NCBI GenBank assembly: GCA_965212005.1
Contig: OZ243038.1
Span: 1,857,440 to 1,921,439 of the forward strand
DNA: 64,000 nt
Source: Candidatus Porifericomitaceae bacterium
Lineage (GTDB): Bacteria; Pseudomonadota; Gammaproteobacteria; Porifericomitales; Porifericomitaceae
Reading direction: 5' to 3'
Shown here: piece after piece, positions 16,503-24,778 of the stretch
Position numbering within the stretch: the first letter of the stretch is position 1
How the letters are laid out: each line of letters begins with the position of its first letter
Made by a program: the position numbers and the translations under genes
Notes under the pieces: model-generated
Seen by the model: only the letters and a program-made list of their open reading frames with translations
Databases searched by the model: none
Told to the model about the DNA's origin: nothing

Positions 16503-19049
16503 ATGCAACTCAAAACCTACCAACAAAAGGCCCTTGAACAATTAGACCGCTATCTTGAGGCGCTCAAAGAAGAGCGTCTGAAAAGTGAAAAAGCGGCGAC
16601 ATTTTTTGCGGAGCAGAACAGTGACGCTCCTGAAGACCTGAAAAATTATCCGCGCGCCGCATGGCAAACTCTGACGAAACAGGGCGTTCTCCCCAGCGTT
16701 GCAACGGGTCGAAATACCGAAATCCCCGACCCTATCCCCCGCACTGCAACCTCCGGCGACCCCATCCCCCACGTCTGCCTGAAAGTGCCCACCGGTGGCG
16801 GCAAGACGCTGCTGGGCGTCGCCGCCCTGGAACGTATCCAGCGGGACCCGGGCTTTGTGCTGTGGATTGTGCCGACCAGGGCGATTTACGAGCAGACTAT
16901 CATGGCTTTCCGAACCCGTGAACATCTCTACCGGCAGATGCTGGAGCAGATTTCCGGCGGCAAGGTGAAGCTGCTGCAGAAAACCGACCGCTTCACCCGG
17001 CAGGATACTGAAAACTACCTGTGCGTGATGATGCTGATGCTGCCGTCCGCCAACCGGCAGAGAGGAAAGGATTTCCTCAAGATATTCCGCGACAGCGGCA
17101 ATTACCCTTCTTTCTTTCCTGAACAGGACGACTTCGCCGCCAACCGGAAATTTGCCGAGAGGCATCCCGACCTTGAGCAAAACGAAACCGACGATTGGGC
17201 CAAACAAAGCCTTATCAATGTACTCAAACAGGTCCGCCTCACCGTGATTCTGGATGAGGCGCACAAGGCGTATGGACAAAATGACGCGAACAACAAGGAG
17301 TTTGTAAAGTCCGTCAACCGCCTGAATCCCCACTTTGTACTCGAACTTTCCGCCACGCCGAAAATCGGCATCAGTAATATCCTGGTTAACATATCGGGGA
17401 CCGAACTGTATGACGAGGAGATGATCAAACTGCCCATTGAGATTCACAGTTTCAGTAATTCCGACTGGCAGTATGCGCTTGCCCAAACCCAGGCGAAGTT
17501 AAGCCAACTGGAAAAAGAGGCGCGGCAACTAAAACAAAGAGAAAATCGCTATATTCGCCCTATCGCCCTGGTGCGGGTGCAGCGAACCGGCAAAGGGCAA
17601 AGAGAGCGGGGATACATTCATGCCGAGGATGCGCGGGAACATTTGATACAAAACCTTGCCGTGCCGGAAAATCAGATCCGGATTCAATCATCGGAACAAA
17701 AGGAACTCGAGGGTGAGGATTTGTTGAGTGAGGCCAGTCCCGTCCGCTGGATTATTACCAAAGACGCCCTGAAGGAGGGCTGGGACTGCTCGTTTGCCTA
17801 CGTGCTGGCGTTGCTGGACAACACCACGGCCACAACCGCCATGACGCAGATGGTCGGGCGGGTGATGCGGCAGCCCCATGCGCGCCGGATCGGGAACAGC
17901 AAGCCGCTGAACCAATGCTATATCTACTGCTATAACCAGGACGTGGGCAACGCGATTAAAAGTGTGAAAGCCGGCCTGGACAGAGGGGGACTGACGGGGC
18001 TTGGGGATGCCATTCTCGGCTACGGCGACGGTGAGGACGATGCGCCGAAGCCGATAACCGTGAAACGCCGGGGAAGATATAAGCGGTTGAACATCTTTCT
18101 TCCGCAGGTCTTGCACATACAGGGGAAAAAGTGGCGTCCCATTGATTACGACCGCGATATTCTGGGCGCGGTGGACTGGGGCAAGATTAACGGCGGTGGA
18201 GCGACCAATCTGGACGACAAAGACGTCATTCAGGAAATCAAGGCCACGGTTGATATTCAGGGGGAAAGTGATGTTTCCCAGAAAACGCTTGATACCGGGG
18301 AAAGTGTGACCCTGGATTATTTTGTCCGGCGGCTTACCGACATGCTTCCGAATCCGTGGCAGGCGGCGCGCGTGGCGGAGCGCTTTCTGAAACGGCACAA
18401 GGACAAAAAGCACGATGATGCGCAATTGCTGATCAACCGGATTTATCTTTCGGAAGTGCTAAGGCGCAGGGTGAAAACGGCCATTGACGGCAAGGCCGAG
18501 TCGGTGTTCCGGGGCAAGGTGCAGCAGAACCAAATCCGGTTTCATCTGGAAACCGATGAGCGGCTGGATTACGAACTGAACAGGTCGTTTGAGGTTTTTG
18601 TTTCCAGCAGAGAAAGGCGACTTCATGGTCCGCACAAGCCGATACAGCAGAGCCTTTTTTCTCCGGTTTACGAAAGCAGCTTTAACGATCTGGAAAAGGA
18701 CTTTGCGCTTTATCTGGACACGGATCAGGCAATCTATTGGTGGCACAGAATCGCTGCACGGCAGGCGTATTCCCTTCAGGGTTGGCGGCGGCATCGAGTG
18801 TATCCCGATTTTGTAGCCTGCCGGAAAAACGATGGAAAGCTGTTGATCCTGGAAACAAAAGGCATTCACCTGAAAGGCAACGAGGACACCGATTACAAGC
18901 AAAAATTACTGGAGATGCTGGAGAAAACGTATGAAACCGCCCTTGAAAGAGGCCAGTTCAAAGTACGGGAGCCGCCCGCCCAATTCAGGATGATGTTTGA
19001 GGATACATGGCCGGAGGACATGAACGAACTCCTCCAGGAAGGCAATTAG
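16503..19049 (+). CDS. res: Type III restriction endonuclease (Res subunit, SF2 helicase-like)
   Basis: Helicase motif I (LKVPTGGGKT), motif II DEAH-like (VILDEAHKAYG), and a QxxGRxxR-like motif (MTQMVGRVMRQP). The size (848 aa) and the position next to mod fit Res. Confidence 0.8.
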   Translation: MQLKTYQQKALEQLDRYLEALKEERLKSEKAATFFAEQNSDAPEDLKNYPRAAWQTLTKQGVLPSVATGRNTEIPDPIPRTATSGDPIPHVCLKVPTGGGKTLLGVAALERIQRDPGFVLWIVPTRAIYEQTIMAFRTREHLYRQMLEQISGGKVKLLQKTDRFTRQDTENYLCVMMLMLPSANRQRGKDFLKIFRDSGNYPSFFPEQDDFAANRKFAERHPDLEQNETDDWAKQSLINVLKQVRLTVILDEAHKAYGQNDANNKEFVKSVNRLNPHFVLELSATPKIGISNILVNISGTELYDEEMIKLPIEIHSFSNSDWQYALAQTQAKLSQLEKEARQLKQRENRYIRPIALVRVQRTGKGQRERGYIHAEDAREHLIQNLAVPENQIRIQSSEQKELEGEDLLSEASPVRWIITKDALKEGWDCSFAYVLALLDNTTATTAMTQMVGRVMRQPHARRIGNSKPLNQCYIYCYNQDVGNAIKSVKAGLDRGGLTGLGDAILGYGDGEDDAPKPITVKRRGRYKRLNIFLPQVLHIQGKKWRPIDYDRDILGAVDWGKINGGGATNLDDKDVIQEIKATVDIQGESDVSQKTLDTGESVTLDYFVRRLTDMLPNPWQAARVAERFLKRHKDKKHDDAQLLINRIYLSEVLRRRVKTAIDGKAESVFRGKVQQNQIRFHLETDERLDYELNRSFEVFVSSRERRLHGPHKPIQQSLFSPVYESSFNDLEKDFALYLDTDQAIYWWHRIAARQAYSLQGWRRHRVYPDFVACRKNDGKLLILETKGIHLKGNEDTDYKQKLLEMLEKTYETALERGQFKVREPPAQFRMMFEDTWPEDMNELLQEGN

Positions 19050-19189
19050 CGTATTTTTTAGGAGGCACGTATCAGGGATCATCTGCGCAGTCCAGCCTGC
19101 TGCTCCTGCCCCAGCGGGGCTTTTTGAGCATTGCCGGGGCGCACAGGTTGAGATTTCAAAAGCCATCGCCTATATTTCAGGGACCACCA

Positions 19190-21463
19190 ATGTCAACCCC
19201 TCCGAAAAAATCAACTAAGTCTATAAAAACCATTGGCGAATTCCTTGACTGGACAGGGAAACAGGAAGGCTCTTTGTTTCTCTATCGCGGAGTGTCTGCT
19301 CCCTACATGGAAATGGAAGCATCGGCATATCGCAGAATAAAGGAGAACCAGGAGGAAGATACGGTTCCTTCAAAAATATTTATCAATTATCACGAGCGAC
19401 TTCTGGATAGAGCCAGATTGGAGGGATTTGACGATCAACAGGGCAAGGATCCTTCCGACCTGGAATTACTTGCCAGGTTACAGCACTATGGCGCGGCAAC
19501 ATGCCTGATTGATTTTACCGCAGACCCTTTGATCGCATTGTGGTTTGCTTGCCAGGGAAGCGGGCAGACAAATGGAAAAGTCGTTGCCATGGCAACGGGT
19601 GATGTCCAAGACTTCGCCGCAGTGAAACACGAAGACTTGAAGAAGCCTGTCAAGGAATTCCTCAAGGAGGAAACACTGTGGAAATGGTCTCCTCGGCGCC
19701 AAAACAATCGCATTATTGCCCAGAAGTCAACGTTTATATTCGGAAAAAGTACGATCCAGGAGAGTTGCTACAAGACTGTCAAGATAGACAAAGAAAGCAA
19801 AGGAAACATTATTAATGAATTGTGGAATAGATTTGAAGTTACTGAGCAGTCCCTTTTTGGCGATTTTGTCGGTTTCTCTCTTGCCAATGCCCACGACAAA
19901 CCTTACAGCGACTATAACTCAGAAGACTATTTTATTTTTGGACTAACCTGCAGTCAGAGAAAAGAGTATCAGAAAGCGATAGATTATTACGACAAGGCGA
20001 TAGCGATTAACCCTGAATATACCGAGGCATATCACAATCGTGGTCATGCAAAGGATGCCTTGAGAAAGTATAAAGGAGCGATATCGGATTATGACAAGGC
20101 GATAGCCATTAATCCTAAATTGGCCGAGGCATATAACAATCGCGGCAATGCAAAGGATGCCATGGGCGAGCATAAAGGAGCGATAGCGGATTATGACAAA
20201 GCGATAGCCATTAATCCTAAATTGGCCGAGGCATATCACAATCGTGGCCATGCAAAGGATGCCATGGGCGAGCATAAAGGAGCGATAGCGTATTATGATA
20301 AGGCGATAGCCATTAACTCTCAATATGTCGAGGCATATACCAATCGCGGAGCTGCAAAGGATGCCTTGGGTGATCATCAAGGAGCGATAGCGGATTACGA
20401 CAAGGCGATAGCCATTAACCCTGAATATGCCGATGCATATAACAATCGCGGCAATGCAAAGAATGTCTTGGGCGAGCATAAAGGAGCGATGGTGGATTAT
20501 GGCAAGGCGATAGACATTAATCCTAAATATGCCGATGCATATTATAATCGCGGCAATGTAATGTATGCCTTGAGCGATCATCAAGGAGCGATAGCGGATT
20601 ATGACGAGGCGATAGCCATTAACTCTCAATATGCCGAGGCATATACCAATCGCGGCCATGCAAAGTATTCTCTGGGTGATCCTCAAGGAGCGATAGCGGA
20701 TTATGACAAGGCGATAGTCATTAATCCTAAATCGGCCGAGGCATATAACAATCGCGGAAATGCAAAGAATGTCTTGGGCGACCATGAAGGAGCGATAGCG
20801 GATTATGGCAATGCGATAGCCATTAATCCTCAATATGCCGAGGCATATAACAATCGCGGCAATACAAAGGGTGCCATGGGTGACCCTCAAGGGGCGATAG
20901 CGGATTATGACAAGGCGATAGTCATTAATCCTAAATTGGCCGAGGTATATAACAATCGCGGAAATGCAAAGAATGTCTTGGGCGACCATGAAGGAGCGAT
21001 AGTGGATTATGACAATGCGATAGCCATTAATCCTCAATATGCCGAGGTATATACCAATCGCGGCAATGCAAAGGGTGCCTTGGGCGACCCTCAAGGGGCG
21101 ATGGCGGATCATGATAAGGCGATAGCCATTAATTCTGAATTGGCCATGGCATATAACAATCGCGGCAATGTAAAGAATGTCTTGGGCGACCATGAAGGAG
21201 CGATGGCGGATTATGACAAGGCGATAGCCATTAATCCCCAATTGGCCATGGCATATAACAATCGCGGCAATGCAAAGAATGTCCTGGGCGACCGTGAAGG
21301 AGCGATAGCGGATTATGACAAGGCGATAGCCATTAATCCTGAATTTGCCATGGCATATAAAAATCGCGGCGATGCAAAGAAAGCCCTGGGCGACCGTGAA
21401 GGAGCGATGGCGGATTATGACCAGGCAATCGCCATTGACCCATCAATACGCCGAGGCATATAA
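19190..21463 (+). CDS. FRG-domain protein fused to a long TPR array (about 16 units)
   Basis: Start at the ATG 19190 (MSTPPKK...). The N-terminal 250 aa carry FLYRGVSAPY and LARLQHYGAATCLIDFTADPLIALWFAC, resembling the FRG-domain signature (FRGQ / QHYGLPTRLLDWT). The rest is 34-aa TPRs (AIADYDKAIAINPKLAEAYNNRGNAKDAMGEHKG). The C-terminus AIAIDPSIRRGI is shared with the downstream family. Confidence 0.7.
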   Translation: MSTPPKKSTKSIKTIGEFLDWTGKQEGSLFLYRGVSAPYMEMEASAYRRIKENQEEDTVPSKIFINYHERLLDRARLEGFDDQQGKDPSDLELLARLQHYGAATCLIDFTADPLIALWFACQGSGQTNGKVVAMATGDVQDFAAVKHEDLKKPVKEFLKEETLWKWSPRRQNNRIIAQKSTFIFGKSTIQESCYKTVKIDKESKGNIINELWNRFEVTEQSLFGDFVGFSLANAHDKPYSDYNSEDYFIFGLTCSQRKEYQKAIDYYDKAIAINPEYTEAYHNRGHAKDALRKYKGAISDYDKAIAINPKLAEAYNNRGNAKDAMGEHKGAIADYDKAIAINPKLAEAYHNRGHAKDAMGEHKGAIAYYDKAIAINSQYVEAYTNRGAAKDALGDHQGAIADYDKAIAINPEYADAYNNRGNAKNVLGEHKGAMVDYGKAIDINPKYADAYYNRGNVMYALSDHQGAIADYDEAIAINSQYAEAYTNRGHAKYSLGDPQGAIADYDKAIVINPKSAEAYNNRGNAKNVLGDHEGAIADYGNAIAINPQYAEAYNNRGNTKGAMGDPQGAIADYDKAIVINPKLAEVYNNRGNAKNVLGDHEGAIVDYDNAIAINPQYAEVYTNRGNAKGALGDPQGAMADHDKAIAINSELAMAYNNRGNVKNVLGDHEGAMADYDKAIAINPQLAMAYNNRGNAKNVLGDREGAIADYDKAIAINPEFAMAYKNRGDAKKALGDREGAMADYDQAIAIDPSIRRGI

Positions 21464-21940
21464 CAATCGCGGCGATGCAAAGAATGCCCTGGGCTACATA
21501 CAGACGGTATCCGCAGGGGAAACAGCAGGTGATGGCTGAAACGAGGGTTCCGTAGGGTAGGCCGGGACGGGTGCACTCCTATCGGACGGGCCCGGGGAGC
21601 CCCGGCGGAAAAGCGGGCAGGTGGTCATGGCCCTCAAAGAGCCAGTGCGACCTGTGCTGGCAGAACGAAACCACTGCTCTGTAACGAAGCTGAGCTGTCG
21701 ACAGCTGCGGGACTGCGCCAGGGCCCGTGCCGGCACCAGCTTACGCACTATACTTTGCTTGTTTTTGGGGGTATCTTTAAGGTTAAGCAGCGGGAAGAGG
21801 AGGCCGTCCGTAGTGGCAGCCATCTTGTTGACTGCATGGTAAAAAAAGCTTTGCGTAACGCCAGGAACGGGGTTTGCAGGCACGTCAGGCAAGAAGGCAA
21901 AGCAGGGGAGGAGCATACCCCTGCCCAAAGGAGTATCGCG
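21464..21940 (+). repeat. Conserved intergenic leader, copy 1 of 5
   Basis: About 470 bp, near-identical to 24305-24778, 27572-28045, 29327-29865 and 31198-31678. It ends with AAAGGAG-N7-GTG. Confidence 0.9.
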
Positions 21941-24304
21941 GTGTCAAAATCGACGAAAAAGCCAGCAGGGGCGAGACCCGCCGTCCGCCCGGCCGGAGGC
22001 TGGCATCCGTTGACGGGGCGCGCCCGTCGCGCCGTGTGCTGCCTGCTGTCCTGCCTGGTGTCGGGCCTGCCCGCGTTGATGCCCATCCCCTCGCTGGCTA
22101 CCGACGTCTACAAGTATCGGGACGACCATCAAGGAGCGATATCGGATTACGACAAAGCGATAGCCATTAATCCTCAAGATGCGAAGGCATATTATAATCG
22201 CGGCAATGCAAAGGATGACCTGGGCGAGCGCCAAGGAGCGATATCGGATTACGATCAGGCGATAGCCATTCACCCTCAAGATGCGAAGGCATATAGCAAT
22301 CGCGGCAATGCAAAGTATGACTTGGGCGACCATCCAGGAGCGATAGCGGATTACGACAAGGCGATAGCCATCAACCCTCAATTTTCCGAGGCATATACCA
22401 CTCGCGGAATTACAAAGAGTGACCTGGGCGACCGTCAAGGAGCGATGGCGGATTATGACAAGGCGATAGCAGAGTACGACAAGGCGATAGCCATTCACCC
22501 TCAATATGCCGAGGCATATAACTATCGCGGAGCTACAAAGCATGTCCTGGGCGACCGTCAAGGAGCGATAACGGATTACGACCAGGCGATAGCCATTCAC
22601 CCTCAATTTGCCGAGGCATATGCCACTCGCGGAGTTACAAAGACTTTCCTGGGCGACCATAAAGGAGCGATAGCGGATTACGACAAGGCGATAGCCATTA
22701 ATCCTCAAGATGTCGTGGTATATAACTTTCGCGGACACACAAAGACTTTCCTGGGCGACGATCAAGGAGCGATAACGGATTACGACCAGGCGATAGCCAT
22801 TAATCCTCAATATGCCGAGGCATATAACTATCGCGGAGCTACAAAGCATGTCCTGGGCGACCCTCAAGGAGCGATAACGGATTACGACCAGGCGATAGCT
22901 ATTAATCCTCAATATGCCGAGGCATATAACAATCGCGGAGCTACAAAGGATGCCTTGGGCGACCATCCAGGAGCGATAGCGGATTATGACAAGGCGATAG
23001 CCATTAACCCTCAATATGCCGAAGCATATAACAATCGCGGAGCTACAAAGGATGCCTTGGGCGACCGTCCAGGAGCGATGGCGGATTATGACCAGGCGAT
23101 AGCCATTAACCCTCAAGATGCTGAGGCATATAACAATCGCGGAGCTACAAAGGGTGACCTGGGCGATCCTCAAGGAGCGATATCGGTTTACGACAAGGCG
23201 ATAGCCATGGCATATTATATTCGCGGATTGATAAAGAATTTCCTGGGTGACGACCCTCAAGGAGCGATAACGGACTACGACAAGGCGATAGCCATTAACC
23301 CTCAATATGCGAAGGCATATAAAAAGCGCGGCGATGCAAAGTATTTTTGGGAAGACGACACTAAAGGAGCGATAACAGATTACGACAAGGCGATAGCCAT
23401 TAACCCTCAATATGTCGAGGCATATAAAAAGCGCAGCCTTGCAAAGCGTTTCCTGGGCGACCGTGAAGGAGCGATATCGGATTACGGCAAGGTGATAGCC
23501 ATTAACCCTCAAGATGAGAATGCATATATTATGCGCGGCTATGTAAAGCGTGACCTGGGCGACCGTGAAGGAGCGATATCGGATTACGACCAGGTGATAG
23601 CCATTAGACCTCAATATGACATTGCATATCGCTGGCGTGGCCTTGTAAAGAATGACCTGGGCGACCGTGAAGGAGCGATATCGGATTACGACCAGGCGAT
23701 AGCCATTAACCCTCAGTATGCGAATGCATATTTTAATCGCGGCTATGCAAAGAATGCCTTGGGCGACCGTGAAGGAGGGATATCAGATTACGACCAGGCG
23801 ATAGCCATTAACCCTAAATTTAACGAGGCATATCGCTTTCGTGGCCTTGTAAAGAATGACCTGGGCGACCGTGAAGGAGCGATAGCGGATTACGACCAGG
23901 CGATAGCCATTAACCCTCGATATGCGAAGGCATATAAAAATCGCGGCAATGCCAAGGATGCTCTGGGCGACCGTGAAGGAGCGATGGCGGATTATGACCA
24001 GGTGATAGCCATTTACGACAAGGAGATCGCCATTGACCCTCAATATGCCGAAGCATATTATGGTCGCGGAGTTGCAAAGGATGCCTTGGGCGATCGTGAA
24101 GGAGCGATGGCGGATTATGACCAGGCGATAGCCATTTACGACAAGGAGATCGCCATCAACCCTCAAGATGCCAAAGCATATTATAATCGCGGCGATGCAA
24201 AGTCTGCCCTGGGCGACCGTGAAGGAGCGATGGCGGATTACGACCAGGCAATCGCCATTGACCCCTCAATCGCCATTAACCCCTTAATACGCCGAGGCAT
24301 ATAA
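21941..24304 (+). CDS. Secreted TPR-array protein (family member 1, about 21 TPR units)
   Basis: GTG start 7 nt after AAGGAG. Signal peptide MSKSTKKPAG...TGRARRAVCCLLSCLVSGLPALMPIPSLA/TD, then 34-aa TPR units with the consensus AI(A/S)DYDQAIAINPQYAEAYNNRGNAKDALGDREG. Confidence 0.85.
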   Translation: MSKSTKKPAGARPAVRPAGGWHPLTGRARRAVCCLLSCLVSGLPALMPIPSLATDVYKYRDDHQGAISDYDKAIAINPQDAKAYYNRGNAKDDLGERQGAISDYDQAIAIHPQDAKAYSNRGNAKYDLGDHPGAIADYDKAIAINPQFSEAYTTRGITKSDLGDRQGAMADYDKAIAEYDKAIAIHPQYAEAYNYRGATKHVLGDRQGAITDYDQAIAIHPQFAEAYATRGVTKTFLGDHKGAIADYDKAIAINPQDVVVYNFRGHTKTFLGDDQGAITDYDQAIAINPQYAEAYNYRGATKHVLGDPQGAITDYDQAIAINPQYAEAYNNRGATKDALGDHPGAIADYDKAIAINPQYAEAYNNRGATKDALGDRPGAMADYDQAIAINPQDAEAYNNRGATKGDLGDPQGAISVYDKAIAMAYYIRGLIKNFLGDDPQGAITDYDKAIAINPQYAKAYKKRGDAKYFWEDDTKGAITDYDKAIAINPQYVEAYKKRSLAKRFLGDREGAISDYGKVIAINPQDENAYIMRGYVKRDLGDREGAISDYDQVIAIRPQYDIAYRWRGLVKNDLGDREGAISDYDQAIAINPQYANAYFNRGYAKNALGDREGGISDYDQAIAINPKFNEAYRFRGLVKNDLGDREGAIADYDQAIAINPRYAKAYKNRGNAKDALGDREGAMADYDQVIAIYDKEIAIDPQYAEAYYGRGVAKDALGDREGAMADYDQAIAIYDKEIAINPQDAKAYYNRGDAKSALGDREGAMADYDQAIAIDPSIAINPLIRRGI

Positions 24305-24778
24305 CCATCGCGACTATGCAGCCCCCTGGTCTACGATAAGACAGTATCCGCAGGGGAAACAGCAGGTGATGCCTGAAACGAGGGTTCCGTAGGGTAGGCC
24401 GGGACGGGCACACTCCTATCGGACGGCCCCGGGGAGGCCCGGCGGAAAAGCGGGCAGATGCCAGGGTCCTCAAAGAGCCAGTGCAATCTGTGTCGGCAGA
24501 ACGAAACCACTGCTCTGCAACGAAGCTGAGCCGCCGACAGCTGCGGGACTGGCACCAGGGCCCGTGCAGGCGCTGCTTACGCACTATACCTTGCTTGTTT
24601 TTTGGGGTATCTTTCAAGGTCAACGCAGCGGGAAGAGGAGGCCGTCCGTAGTGGTCGCCATCTTGTTGACTGCATGGTAAAAAAGCTTTGCGTAACGCCA
24701 GGAACGGGGTTTGCAGGCACGTCAGGCAAGAAGGACAAGCAGGGGAGGGAGCATACCCCTGCCCAAAGGAGTGCCGCA
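24305..24778 (+). repeat. Conserved intergenic leader, copy 2 of 5
   Basis: Near-identical to the other four copies. Confidence 0.9.

Noticed and set aside
16542-17486. 314-aa minus-strand ORF inside res, and similar antisense ORFs inside tyrS (34582-35478), ftsH (36154-37878), slt (31622-32362) and the oxoprolinase gene (several plus-strand ORFs at 49851-50732 and others)
   Set aside because: They are embedded antisense within genes that have strong family signatures. No independent support.
7362-19190. Integrase, transposase or tRNA marking the island boundaries
   Set aside because: None recognisable by motif in the window. The island is inferred from composition, gene content and the duplicated mod tail only.
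21464-21940. Calling the conserved leader a cobalamin riboswitch feature
   Set aside because: The resemblance is limited to a short CCAGUGCGA...CCACUGC core. The expected AGGGAA and GGGAAGG elements are not clearly present. It is left as a hypothesis in the findings rather than annotated.
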